From Eledone cirrhosa (taxonomy: Eukaryota): DNA of 64,000 nt. The position numbers were made by a program, and so were the translations under genes. Below, piece by piece: positions 1 through 13,346 of the stretch; the stretch's first letter is position 1, and each line of letters starts with the position of its first letter. The stretch spans positions 382,416,001 through 382,480,000 of the forward strand of contig OZ024741.1 in assembly GCA_964016885.1 (NCBI GenBank). The letters are read 5' to 3'. Under the pieces are notes generated by a model. It did not search any database. It was not told where the DNA came from and saw only the letters and a program-made list of their open reading frames with translations.

Positions 1-360
1 TCTTTAAGTATCAATTTAGAAGTAGAATCAGAGTGGAGAGAGAGGCACTGCACCCCAGTAAATTTACTGAAAGGTGGGTGAATGTAGCGAAAATGGCCCG
101 AGTGATTGGGACTTCTCTGTTTATAAGCCTGTAGGTTAAAGAAGAGAGCAAAAGGAAGAAAGGAGACTTGCACATCACGCTCCTGAAGGTGAGGGTTGTT
201 CTATCAAACAAGGCATTTGTGGCATCTCCCTCCCATTGGAGATTTCGATTGTTATAATTGTTTGTTTTATAATTTTTTTTTACACGACTGTCTGTAAAAT
301 CCCCGGCATGTGTCTTTGTATTGTCCCCTTTTCTTGTGCGCCCTTGTGGCAAATAAAGAA
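1..360 (+). mobile_element. 3' end (ORF2 C-terminus and 3' UTR) of a Tx1/L1-type LINE
   Basis: Homologous to the 3' ends at 5740-6114 and 41880-42258 (GAAAGGTGGGTGA... then GGCAAATAAAGAA); followed by (ATCT)n. Confidence 0.85.

Positions 361-452
<92 letters not shown>
361..452. repeat. (ATCT)23 microsatellite between two Tx1 copies
   Basis: Perfect tetranucleotide array read directly. Confidence 0.98.
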
Positions 453-453
<1 letters not shown>

Positions 454-667
454 GATAGAGTGAGACACGCTTCACATCGGCTCTGCTATTCTATCTGAAT
501 TTACCCTTACTATAGTAAGTACCAGTGAATTTTTTCAGTGCAACACATTTGGAAAACTTACCCCTGTTATTTAGGGAAACATTTTTACATTTTACCCCCT
601 TTTTAGGGGGTAAAATAAATAACTACTTTTCTGTAAAACTTCTTTCTTGGATGCATGGCGGGAAAGA

Positions 668-2282
668 TGGCAGACATGTCTGCCATTAGCTCTGCCACGC
701 CCCCCAAGTCTGAAGAACAAAAAATGGATACAACAAAACTAGACAACGAAACAAACAAGGAAAATGAAAAAAACAAATGTTACAGAAAATGAGCAAACGG
801 AAAACAAACAAACAGAAAATAAGAATACAAAAAACAACAAGGCAACTTTCGCCCAGACAACAAAAAAATCTATAATATATACACCTATTGACTTGACTGC
901 CGCCAGAGAAAAACTGGCAGAAGCAAAAAAACACATAGTCTTGGGGGAGAACGGAATGTTTTCCATTAATTCCTCCCAGAATTCAAGAAAACGAGACTAG
1001 AAAACACTGTTCTGTTTAGAACAATTCTAAACCACACGAGAAACCAGCACAGCCCAGCCAAATGGAGATAGAGTTGGTCCTAAAAGACTATATGAAGAAT
1101 ATTCTCTTCATACGAAAGGACCGACTCTATGGCAGCATTTCTGTTTTAACAAAAGACAAGGAAACAGCACAGAGGCTTTCCCTAAGCCCACTCTCAACAA
1201 CAGCATACAGCTTCTATCCCTCCTACATGGGTAGAAGAACTCAGAGAGTCAAAATACAGACAATGCTGCCCACAATGGACTTCTGGTGGGCTATTGCTGG
1301 CTTCATAGACATGGGCGAGGACACAGTGCTGTCAATGGGGAAGGCATCTGGAGGTGCGTTCCTGGGAATGGGCCTCGACCTACTAGTCCAAATGAGGCCC
1401 GAAAGAATAGCGCAAATCCCGGATCGCCTCTGGCTGGATGACCTCACCCCAATATATATAATTGTAGAGGGAAGAAGACCAGCATGCTATTCATGCATGG
1501 AAAGGGGACACGTTAAGGCTAAGTGCCCGAATCGTATCCCCCAAAAAGGACTATTGCCCACACCCACCACAAACAGTACACCAACACCACCCACCTCCAA
1601 AAATACACTAATACCACACACAGCAAACAAAATACAGACACCACCAACCACAAGCACAACACAAACATCACCACCACCAGCACCAAACACAAGCACGACA
1701 CAAAAATCACGACCACCATCACCAACCACAACACAAACATCACCACCACCACCACCACAAAACACATTCCAAACTAATAATAAAAAAAAGCAACAAATCT
1801 ACCCCTCCCGCAAAAAAAAACAACCAGACACCACGTCCCTCCCACCTAGCGCTGAAGAGTTTCCCCCAACTTCTGAAGAAAAAGGAGGAGAAGCCTTCAG
1901 ACAACTTAAAAGAAAAAAACGAAAGCACACACCCAGCACACCACAAGAACAAATAACCCACACAGAAACACCAACTCCAATCAAAAACACCCCACCCTCG
2001 ACAAACAAAAATAAATCTGCGCCTCCCCTCTTCGAAACATTGACAGCATCACAAAAAAAGACTTTGCAATACACATATATAAATAAAGAAAACAAAAAAC
2101 TGTTTAAATTAATAAACAATAGCCCTTTGGTGCAGACCGAAGGGCCAAACTTTATCTCAACAGAGAACTTCACCCATTTAAAAATGATAAAGGTCCCTCT
2201 GGACCTTTATCGTTCGTTAAAAGAACAATTTAAACAGGACGGGAGCCACCCCTGTTTAAAAGTGTTAAATCGCGTCCACTGA
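668..2282 (+). pseudogene. Tx1 ORF1 (gag-like nucleic-acid-binding protein); open part 1062-2282, N-terminus disrupted
   Basis: CYSCMERGHVKAKC (CX2CX4HX4C) knuckle followed by a P/T/K-rich tail; homologous knuckles CFGCGEKTHLRAFC (~43515) and CVVCGEGTHLRAFC (~62290). Confidence 0.85.
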
Positions 2283-2466
2283 AATATTTCCCCTTAAGCC
2301 CCCCTATCCCTGACACAACTTCAAATACCCCAACTTAGCCACACTCGGAGACCCCCACGCCACCACAAAACATCCCTCCACCCAACACACCCGACCCCAT
2401 GGAAATTACACAACCCGGAGTGGTAGGTGCTTTTCTTTCTTCACTTTTAACACGAAAATAGATCAA

Positions 2467-5400
2467 TTGAGAGTTGGCTGTTTGAATGCGCGTGGCCTGG
2501 GCTCAGCTTGGAGGCAAGCAAAGCTTCTAAGTGACCTCAGGTCACGAAGTATAGATGTGATGGTTGTTTGCGAGAGTCGGATCAGCAGCGTGCGACAGCT
2601 GGCTCCCGCCTTCGATGACTTTGAGATGCACGCATCTCTCTGTCAACCCGGTGGCGGGGTGGGGTTGCCGTACCGCTGGATAAACGTCTGGCTCTCGACG
2701 TACAGATTGTTCACTCGGACCCGGGGCGTTGATTACTGGTGCTGGACGTCGGAGGCAGTGAAAGCGGGGCTTTCAGACTGGTCGGTCTTTATGCCCCCTT
2801 CGGGGCTGAAAGAGCCGACTTCTTCCAGCGTCTGGAGACTTTTCTAGGAATGTCGCGTTCCCTGCTTTTAGTGGGGGACTGGAATGGAATCCTAGATGCG
2901 CGTTGGGACTATGCAGGGGCATGTCCCGTTAGAGGGGGGTGTAGCAGCCTCAAGGGGTTACTCCATCGATTCGATCTGGTTGATAGATTTCGACTAGATT
3001 TTCCAACTGTGCCAACCTGGACCTGGGCAAACCGCAGTGGTCAATCTAGATCGTACCTAGATAGGTTTTTGGTTAGGAGTAAGGATAGGGACGTATTTAG
3101 TTGTCCAGAATTACTCATGGTTGGCTATTCAGATCACAAATTAGTGACCTGCGTGGTCAACCTTGATAGAACGCATAGACAGGGTCCCGGTTACTGGAAG
3201 ATGAACTTGTCCTTGCCGGCAAAGGAAGCTTACAGGAACCGGATTAGTAGCTTAGTTAAGATACGGTTGACGGGAGCGATCGTCAACAGCAGGTGGTGGG
3301 TATCTCTAAAGAGAGAGATTAAAGTAAGTTCGATAGGTTACAGTAAGGAACTAGCGGCGAATAGAAATAGGAGGGAAAGGGAGTTAACAGATAGACTAGA
3401 AGAGGCGATTAGGAGCGGAGACGTGGCCAGAGTGTTAGCGTCGAGAACAGCGTTGAGCCAGTTCTTTGACGCGAAGCACGAAGCTGCGTTGTCCGAAGTA
3501 AAATACGTGCTTTAGGAAACGAGGGGACCAAAGCTGTTAGCTGGGCCCGCGTGACAGAAGCCTAGAGTGGGATTAAATCCACCATTCGGTCTTTGCGAGA
3601 CCAGGATGGACGGGTGATCCTTGAACCTGAGCGGATGTGCGAGACCTTTCGAAGGCACTTTGCTTGACTGTTCGGAGGGGGCGGGGGCCGGACGGGGATG
3701 TGGACTGCGGTCCATACCTCGACGGTCTACCGCGTCTTTCGAGCGGCGAAGCGGAGTGCTGCGAAAGGCCAATCACAGCCACTGAAATCGGTGAAGCGCT
3801 CAGCCAATGCAGCAGACGCAAATCTCCGGGTCTCGATGGTCTACCATACGAACTTTATTTAGCTATGCCGGTCTTGTTCTCCGAACTCCTCGAGGCTGTC
3901 TATTGCAACTGGCAACAGAACGGGAGAATTCCCTGTTCTGTGACCAAGGGCGTAGTCACGCTAGTGAGGAAGGACGAGAGCAAGGGGGACGACTTAAGTA
4001 ACTTTAGGCCCATAACTCTGCTGAATGCAGAGTTACAGATTTTGGCCAAGGTGTTGGCGAAGAGGTTGGCGCTTGTGGTGGGTGGGAGACGCGCAGACAT
4101 GCGCTATCCCGTCCAGATCCATTCACGACAACCTCCACCTCATGCGATACATCGTAGAGAGGGTTGGGAACGAACCCGGCTTTGGTGGGGCCCTGATCAA
4201 CTTGGATCAATCTAAGGCGTTCGATAGGGTCGACCATGGTTACCTGGATGCGGTGCTAGCGGCGTTGGGCTTCGGACCCGATTTCAGGGACTGGATTTCT
4301 ACCATGCACAGTGGCAACTTCTGCTCTAGGGTTAAAGTAAACGGCTACCTCTCGGAGCCGTTTCAAATCACCCGGTCCATCAGGCAGGGGTGCCCCCTCT
4401 CCTCCCTTCTGTACGTATTGGCTCTCGAGCCACTGCTGCGGAAGTTGGAGTTGCTGCGGGGCATACCCCTGGAACCGGGATTGCACAAAGCGGTCTCGGC
4501 CTATGCCGACGACGTAACAGTAATGGTGGCGGACGCCTCGGAAATCAGGGCGATCGCCACCCTACTGGAGGAATACGAAAGGCTGACGGGGGCTAGACTG
4601 AACCGGGACAAGTCAGTCGGTTTTCAACTCGGAACGTGGAGGGGCAAACCGATGCCGTTAGACGGTGTCGTCGGGCGGTGGACGGAGGGCCCGGTGAAGC
4701 TGCTCGGGGTCTGGTTCGGACCGGACCTCCAGGTGGAGAAGAATTGGGGCGAGGTGACGAGCAGGGTGTTTGCGCTGACCCAGAAGTGGGCCAAGTGCAA
4801 ACTATCACTGAAAGGTCGGGCGGAGGTGACGAACGCTTACATAGCGTCCGTCATCTACTACCGCCTGACCGTTGTGCCTTGCCCCAAGGAAACGCTCACC
4901 ATCATGGAGCGAATGCTCTTCCAGTTGCTCTGGAAGAAGCGGCCTCCCATGGTGAGGAGACCCATCTGCTGCCAGCACCCTTCGAAAGGAGGGCTGGGTA
5001 TGCCGTGGCTGTTGATGCGTAGGCACGCATTGAGGCTACGGCATCTACAGGTATTCCTCACCGGTCAGCCGGTGTGGGCCCCGTTTGTGCGGCGAGCCTT
5101 CCCACAGCTCGTCTCGCTCACCGAGCTGCAATCCTGGGTGAAGCAAAGACCGAGAAAACTGGGCAACTGGCACACCGAGTGTGCCCAGGCGCTCACGGCT
5201 CTCTGGCAAGCGGACCCGACTATCAGTGGAGAATCCACCTCAACATTCTATAGAGGGCTGGTGGCTAGCAGGGGCGACGACACCCTTAGAGAGGCGCTAG
5301 GCATGGAGGAGGACGAACTGGCCAGCCTGTTCGGTAGAACTTTCGGCCCGGGACCCATGGACAACTTCCAGAGGTCTCTAGCCTGGCAGTGCTACCGGGG

Positions 5401-5884
5401 GGCTCTGCCCGTTCGAGAAAAGCTCTACAGACACGGGCGCCCGTGCAGGGATCCCGCGAAAAAGAGCTGTCCCAGATGCGTGCGCGACGAGGAAACCGTT
5501 GCGCACGCACTAGTACACTGCCCGGGCGTTGCCGATCTGTGGGGCTACGTCGAACGACTGCTGTCGCGTGTGGCGCCGATTCGCTTGGCCGCCGAGTCTG
5601 TGGTGAACATCAAGCCGCCTCCTCCCATCAGAAATGAAGCAGAGGCGGTCTTTCTGTGCGTAATAGCCATGATGAAAGAGGTTGTGTGGTGGACGCGCCT
5701 GAAAGGTCTGAGGTCGGGTGACTTTCTCTCCGGCTAACACCTGGTTTACTTCTTCCGATACCACTTCGGAAGAAGGATCAGGATGGAGAGAGAAGTGCTT
5801 GGCCCCAGACAGTTTTATGAAAGGTGGGTGATAGAAGCGAGAATGGCTCGTGTAAATGGGCCTTCTCTCTACATTGTTCTGTAG
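2467..5884 (+). pseudogene. Tx1 ORF2: APE endonuclease + reverse transcriptase + C-terminal zinc finger, frameshifted
   Basis: LNARGL, VGDWN, YLDRF and SDH (APE); KSPGLDG, FRPITLLN, DQSKAFD, QGCPLS and YADD (RT); CPRC..ETVAHALVHC; split over ORFs 2467, 2739, 3637 and 4025. Confidence 0.93.
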
Positions 5885-7539
5885 GTGAAGAAGTGAGGAG
5901 GAAAGGGGGAGCGCCTCCTCTCTGGGCTTCCCCCGCGAAAAGGGTTGCACACTTTTCGGGGGTATGTGTAATCCCCAACACGCCCCCTCCCTTTTGAGGA
6001 CTTTTTATTATTATATTATTCTTATTGTTATGCCTTTTTCTTTACTCGCATTTATGTAAACTCCCCCCTGTGTATTCGTCCCTTTCTCTTGTGCCCTAGT
6101 GGCAAATAAAGAAATATATCTATCTCTCTATTTATCTATCTATAATCTATATGTCTGTATGTCTTTTTGTGTGTAGACACCCATATATTATTATCATTAT
6201 TATTATCATTAATAAGGAAATCGATGTGTCGTGTAAGCTACGACATCTCCCAGCATAGTTTAGCTCTATCAGAACTGACTTTACATAAAATAAAACATAT
6301 ATCCAATATTATGTAAGTGCTTTCGCCGCACTGTTAAGGCATTTGGATTGTGCTGTTTGCTACAGGACACTTTACCTTTTCCCACCAGTCTATGAGACCC
6401 TTAAATGATTATGGACACTGATCTACCATATCTGATTAAAGAGAAAAAGCACATCAAGTATGGATGTCATTCAACTGCGGTTACTAACGCTTACAAATTT
6501 ACTCGTTGGAAAATATCTATTTTGGCAGGGAAAAATCGCGTGAAACTATGTATATCGGATTGGATAACAATATAGAACAGGGTTGACATCTGTAATTATA
6601 ATGGAGTTGTAATGGCAGCATCAGTGAAATACGTTGATACAGAATATAATTTGAAATATTGAAGAATAAAAACGATTAAGCTTTTCCCAATAGTGTTGCA
6701 ACGCCAAGAATATAAATAGTTTCATTTATTCGTTTTTCGTCCCTAGTTTTAGCCAATTAACTGTCAGTTCTTGAAAAATGCGCAGACTATATTATGAACT
6801 TCAATCGTTATGTTTAAAATTTCAGAATATAAAAGAGAATTTCAATTTCGTAATTGAAAATAAATGATATATAAGCAGAAGAGAAATACTTGTATCTACA
6901 TATCAATAGCATTTTTTTAATCAACTAGCGTAGCTGTATGTTTGTGAAGCTCCTTTCATCAAGTAAATAACACGCTTTAATATCCCCACCTTTATATATA
7001 CTTTCTAGTGTATTATAACATCAAAATAAGGATGGATAGTCTGTTTATAACATTTGTCCACTGTTGGAAAATTAATCAAGTTCTAAATATCAAATAAATC
7101 ATTCTGAGTGTAGAATGCCACAGGCTAACGTTCAAATTGAGACTTTCGAAATATTTCCAAGTTCTTCAAAGATTATTATAGAGATCTGAGGTGAAACGAA
7201 AGAAAGAGTAATGTAACGTTTATACATCTGTTTATTTACTAAACGTTTCTAGAAATAATCTTCACACAGCTACATGTACGCAAATGTATGTAAATATTCA
7301 TTCATTTACGCATTTCTTAGTGTGCGGACATTTATTAATAAATAAATATATATATATATTTATATTTTCTGTGTGTGTATGTGTGTGTGTATGTGTGTGT
7401 GTGTATGTGTGTGTGTGTGTGTGTGTGTAACTACGAACATACATAAGTAGATACATACATGCATACATATATGCATACAAACAAATATGCATAAATACAT
7501 AGGATTTCATGGTGTATTCTTACCAGAGGAATGAATCAG

Positions 7540-8160
7540 TTTAAAGTTCACCCGATTCCATCACCATCAGCAACTCTCCACCCACGCGAATATCATACAC
7601 CAACATGGTATCACCAACATTTCAGCCCATACAAAACTCGAATAGAGGACACATTAGTGCTTGGTTGCAAGACAACTACATGTGCCAGCACAGTTATATA
7701 TTTGTGCCAAGAATTCAGAGTGACAAATCTAATCTTGATGCCGTGCAATCATTTAAATATAAAGGTTTATACTTCAGTGTTTAACTCACCTAAAATAATC
7801 CCGTAACAACAGATCGAGTTATTTAACTCCCAGGGTGAGATTTACTGCGTGCCCTAACAACCTTAATGGAGATTTCTGATTTTTCATGCACAGATATCTC
7901 TCCTTTCTATGACTAAAGTTTTCATTTGCCTCGATATATAATCAGGATCAGGTTGAATCATGTTGACCTTCCTCTTAGACAGACTGTCACCCGAGGCTGG
8001 TGAATTTTTTCTACTCGGAGCATTTGGCTTTAAAGCGTCAATAACTCAGTTTCAAACATTTCACCAACATAAGGCTAGTATATGGGCCTCGCTTGACAAA
8101 AGTTATATATGACGCAAGCCATTAAGAGCAGTTTAATAGAGAATGGATTCTGAGGCACAC
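7540..8160 (+). mobile_element. Highly decayed LINE (RTE-like) RT C-terminal relic
   Basis: Scattered motif remnants by eye (SPYKT, QSFKYKG similar to FKYLG, QTFHQH); no open frame. Confidence 0.3.
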
Positions 8161-8242
8161 ATCCACTCCGATAATGACAATCATGGGAGATACATTCATA
8201 TATACATACATGACTACATGCATACATGCATACATACGAACA

Positions 8243-9530
8243 TACTTGAAACGTAAGCAGGGAGGGAGAGGCCTAACATCAGTCCACACAGCATTTGAAT
8301 GTCGCATTATATCCTTCCGACAACATCTGCGAACCTCAAAGCGTAGGAGCCCGTCTCTCGAGCAGCAAGTCTATCTGCATAAAAGTTGGGAAGGAACTCC
8401 TCGAAATATATTCTGTGTGATAATCAAACACTTACACCCAGCGAAGTCGCTCAACAGTATCGCAGTGAATCCATGGATGAATAACTGCATGCTTATCAGC
8501 AAAAAATCATGCATGAATATATTGCCAGGAAGCTCCAGAGTGAGAGTAATAAAGAGAGTAGTCTATATTGGACCAACAACTGCTATATTAGCTCCCACTT
8601 TGAAGGATACGCTTTTGCATTCCAAGAACAGGAAATCAACACGAAATACCTGATTCACAAAAGGGTAGGGATGTAGGCAAAACACATCGATGTGATAACA
8701 AGTGCAGACTCTGCAGAATTACCATCGAAGATGTCACCCATGTCATAAGCAGCTGTTCAAAGATATCATCGCGGTACTATCTACCTATGAGACATGATGT
8801 AGAGGCCCAAGCACTGTAGAATCCAATCCGTAGAAAGGATAGCCCCGATAATAAACACATTAAAAGCTACAACAATGTGGAAGACATTCATATACATAAT
8901 ATAAAAGAGTACTGGTGGAATGTTCCAGTAAAAACCCAAATAAAATGCAAGCATCACAGACCAAATATTATGATATGGGTGAGGGAAAAGAAGGCATGCA
9001 CAGTAGTGGAAGTTAGCTGCCCACCAGATGACAATATATCAAAATTTAGCGGAAAGGAGAATATTTATGCAGAACTGATGAGAAATCTGCAGATACTCCA
9101 CCCCGATTAAACCTTCAGATTTATACCTGTGATTATTGGGGCACTGGGATATGTTAGTAACTGCCTCAATACAAACCCTGAGGAGCTGGGCTTCACAGGA
9201 ACAGAAAGAACACAACTAGTTAGGGAATGACAAGTACAATCCATTAATTGAACAGTAGAAATATGTAAAATATTCCAAAAACGTTGCATCTTATAACTGC
9301 ATATATACACATGTACAGATACAAAGCATATACACATGCACACATATAACTCAAAACATACACATCCACACATACAATAACATCCATACCTATACATGCA
9401 TGCATGCAGAAATGCATACATATCCACCTAGTTGATGTTGTGTAAATTCCAATGAAAGAGTCTTGCAAATAGTTTAAAAACCGACTCTCTATTGGAAAAC
9501 ATTTGTGAAAGTATAAAAACAAAATAATGT
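8243..9530 (+). mobile_element. 5'-truncated R4/Dong-type RLE non-LTR retrotransposon, copy 1
   Basis: YLKRKQGGRGL, CRLC..EDVTHVISSC zinc knuckle, RHD, HHRPNI, VEVSCP and K..IY RLE motifs; collinear with 10281-11568. Confidence 0.88.
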
Positions 9531-9542
9531 ACATACATACAT

Positions 9543-11568
9543 AAAGCTGTCTTCTTCTTGGGCTACTATCCTAAAGTTAAAAACAGAGAAGGAGCACTCT
9601 ATTTTCACTGATAAAATAACATATCCCAGGGGTATATTTCAGGAAGACAGTCTCTCTGGGATATCATTCATCTTGTCATTGAACACCCCTGTCTATTCTG
9701 CTCAAGAAATGTGAAGGATACATCATTGTCTCACAGGAAGACAGAAATACGAACCTAACTCATTGTTTCTTTGTGGATGATCGGAAGCTCTATGCCAAGA
9801 ACATAGATGGGATAAAGAAAAATCTTGACCTGTTTACAACATTCTCAAAGGATATAGGAATGGAGTTCGTCCAAGATAATTGCTCATATATGACTGTAAA
9901 GCGGTGAAGAACAATAACCCAATCTAGCAACATTGTCATCAATGGCCTAACTGTTTCACCGATATCTGATGAGGACTGCTACAGATACCCGGGGACAGAC
10001 GAGAACATATCCTATAATAGTATATGTAATAAGGAACGCATAACCAGGGAATACTACACCCGATTAAGAAAGATATGGTCATCGGAATTATCTGCGCAAG
10101 ACAAAACAGTGTCTCACAATGTGTTTGTTGTGCCTGTCCTAACATCAACATTTGGAATACTCAATTAGAATATATAATCAATTAGAATATATAGACAAAT
10201 TCCGAGCAATTGATGTTAGAACATGAAAAGTACTAAACAACACCGGAAACTTCCACATCAACAGTGATATTGAACGCCTTTACTTGAAACGTAAGTAGGG
10301 AGGCAGAGGCCTAACATCAGTCCAAACAGCATTTGAATGTCGCACTATATCCCTCCGACCAGATCTACGAACCTCAAAACATAGGAGCCCATCTCTCGAG
10401 CAAGTCTTTCTGCATGAAATAGATGAGATCATGAGAGTTGGGAAGGAAGTCCTTCGGATATATTCCCTGTGTGATGATCAAAAACCCACACACAGTGAAG
10501 TCGCTCAGCAGTATTGCAGTGAATCCATGGATTAAAAACCGTATGCTTATCAGCAAATAATCATGCATGGATATGTTGTCAGGAAGCTCCAGAGTGAAAG
10601 TAATATAGATTAACAAAGTAGTCTATCTTGGACCAAACACTATATTGGCATCCACTTTGAAGGATACGCTTTTGCAATCCAAGAACATGAAATCAACACG
10701 AAATACCTGATTCACCAAAAAAGATAGGGATGCAGGCAAAACACCTAGATTTGATAACAAGCGCAGACTCTGCAGAATTAACATCGAAGATGTCACCCAT
10801 ACCTTAAGCAGCTGTCCAAAGATGGCATCGCGGTACTATTTACCTATGAAGCATGATGTAGTGGCCAAAACACTGTACAATACAATCTGTAGAAATGATA
10901 GCCCCGATAATAAACACATTAAAGGCTACAGCAATGTGGAAGACATACATGTACATAATATGAAAGAGTACTGGCGGAATGTTCCAGTAAAAACCCCAAT
11001 AAAATGCAAGCATAACAGACCAGATATTCTGATATGGGAATGGAAAAAGAAGGCATGCACAGTGGTGAAAGTTAGCTGCCCACCAGATACCAATATAATA
11101 TCAAAGATTAGCGAAAAGGAGAATATTTATGCAGAACTGATGACAACTCTGCAGATACTCCACCCTGATTATTCCTTCAGATTTATGCCTGTGATTATTG
11201 AAGCACTGGGATATGTTAATAACTGCATCAATACACATCTTGAGAATCTGGGCTTCACAGGAACAGAAAGAACACAACTAGTTAGAAAATTACAAGTACA
11301 ATCCATTAATGGAACAGTAAAAATATGTAAAACATTCCAAACATTTTGCATCTAATAACTGCATATACGCATGCACACATACAACTCCCACATACACATC
11401 CACACATACAATAACATCCATATCTACACATGCATGCATGCAGACATGCATACATATCTACCTAGTTGAGGTTGTGTAAAGTCCAATGAGAGAGTTTTGT
11501 ATCTATGTTAGAAACCGACTCTCTCTCTATTGGCAAAAAATTGTGAAATTACAAATCCAGAAGAACAA
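9543..11568 (+). mobile_element. 5'-truncated R4/Dong-type RLE non-LTR retrotransposon, copy 2
   Basis: GIFQEDSLS, FFVDDRKLYA and YRYPG RT motifs, then RLYLKRK*GGRGL, knuckle and PD-(D/E)xK-type RLE; 3' UTR followed by (ACAT)3. Confidence 0.9.
10822..11355 (+). pseudogene. Restriction-like endonuclease domain of the R4-type element
   Basis: KHDVVAK...HNRPDIL...VKVSCP...KISEKENIY...PVIIEALG in the supplied ORF. Confidence 0.85.
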
Positions 11569-11616
11569 ACATACATACATACTCCTCAAATTAGCCAGTC
11601 TGTAGCCGCTATATTT

Positions 11617-11885
11617 TTCGCCATTTTTCGCTACATTCATCCACCTTTTAGTAAATGTACTTGGGTGTGTGAGTGTAGGGGGCAGCACGTCTTTGTCCAC
11701 CCTCACCTTCCTTTCCAGATGAAACTTGAAGAAGTTGATGAGGGATTGGCGGAAGAGAAAAGTGTCTGTCTTCAGTCCTTTCAATCTGGTCCACCATAGA
11801 ACATCTTTCGCAATTACCACCAGACAGAGGAAAATTGCCTGCCCTTCCTGACCAAAGGAAAGCGGTTGGTCGATTTCTGATTTAA
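11617..11885 (-). mobile_element. Tx1 ORF2 3' fragment
   Basis: EGQAIFLCLVVIAKDVLWWTRLKGL matches the C-termini of the other Tx1 ORF2 copies. Confidence 0.85.
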
Positions 11886-12634
11886 GCACAATGCCAACAC
11901 TTTTAAGGGGAAATAAAAGTTGATTAAATTACTGGTGCTTTACAGCATACATAACATAACACTATTAGGCACTTCTTAACCTATTACGAAGAGTAGTCTC
12001 ATTACGATAGAAGAAACTCCACCAAAAACCACGCTACACCTACACAAGGTGCACAGAGCCGCCCTCGGTAATTAGGTGATAACGCGCAAAAAAAAAATAA
12101 GGATACTATTAATAATAAAAATTAAAAACGAAAGAATCTAAATCCATTTTTTCCTCACTTTTACTATAAACTTCCGTATTATAACTTTGGCGGAGAACCA
12201 CACATCTTAAATCAGCCTCAAGTGATTTAATTGATTCCTGAAAGATAAAAGCCATATATACATATTGACATAAGTGCAATTCCGAGTAGAAATTTCAGTA
12301 ACAACATTACACAAATCTTTCCTTTCCAATTAAAATTATGATAATAGAGATTTAAAATAATTAGGACGTTATACACAACCATATGAACTGCATTGGTTGC
12401 ACGTAGATGTTCCATCGTGTCTATAGCGTCGGGATAGAGTCGACCGTGGCAGTATGGTTACAGGTAAACATTTATAAAGCCGTTGCATGAAGCTAAATAC
12501 TAATTCCATTCTATTATATATTTAGCCAACATAAGTAACTTCATATGCAAATGAGATTAATCACTTCTTTTACACAGACGAGAAAACCATATATTCTCGC
12601 CTGTTTTCAAGTCCAGCAGTTGCAAGTGTGGGAG

Positions 12635-12674
12635 GGGCCTGATGAATACCAGTTGAGATTGAAATGCATCGACC
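12635..12674 (+). ncRNA. Degenerate minimal type I hammerhead ribozyme motif
   Basis: gggc-CTGATGA-ataccagttgagatt-GAAA-tgca-TC-gacc; palindromic stem III ATGCAT; mismatches in stems I and II. Confidence 0.55.
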
Positions 12675-12848
12675 ATTGTCCTCTCTGCTTCTGCTGGACC
12701 CCACCAGAGCGCGTTGGCCCCGGAGTTTTTCATAGCTACAGCTTTCTAAATATTTACCTGTAAACATAACGTATTTCTTTAGAAATACGAAATACGAAAT
12801 TCTAATAGATATATGTATACAGCTATGCATGAAGCTAAATCCTAATTC

Positions 12849-12880
<32 letters not shown>

Positions 12881-12883
<3 letters not shown>

Positions 12884-13346
12884 AAATTAAGATAAATTAA
12901 ATTAAATTAAGGGTGAAATGTCTGATAGACATATGCCATATCACCTGTAAAATATGCTCCAAGATTCTAATGAATAGATCCGAACATTTTATATCAACTA
13001 GAAATTGATTGACATATAACTAAACATTTGAAACAATCACAGGGGATAATTTGTAAAAGTGTGTAAGCACACATAGCTAGGTAGGTAAACACAGGTAGTT
13101 GGACCTCTTCCATGTCGAAAATCCAGGATCTGTCTACTGCCGTTTACCAATTGATTAATTGGTGAAATATATTTCTTTAATGGAATATATACAAGCAAGA
13201 TTAATCAATTTATAAGGTATCTATTTTTGAAGTTCTAGTTAAACTTTATTTAGTTACCTACCTAGCTATGTGTGCTTACACACTTTTACAAATTATACCT
13301 GTGATTGTTTCATATGTTTATTTATATGTCAATCAATTTCTAGTTG

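Larger units (their letters stand above)
453..6114 (+). mobile_element. Near full-length Tx1-clade (L1 group) non-LTR retrotransposon, disrupted
   Basis: 5' UTR with hairpins, ORF1 with CCHC knuckle, ORF2 APE-RT-zinc finger, 3' UTR ending AATAAAGAAAT plus degenerate (ATCT)n. Confidence 0.92.

Noticed and set aside
1241-2173. Antisense V/G/C-rich ORFs over Tx1 ORF1 and similar ones at 42.6-44.3 kb and 62.4-62.9 kb
   Set aside because: Shadow frames of A/C-rich sense sequence.
9964-10000. CTGATGA matches at ~9967, 9074 and 11138
   Set aside because: They lie in R4 coding sequence with no stem II-GAAA-stem III arrangement.
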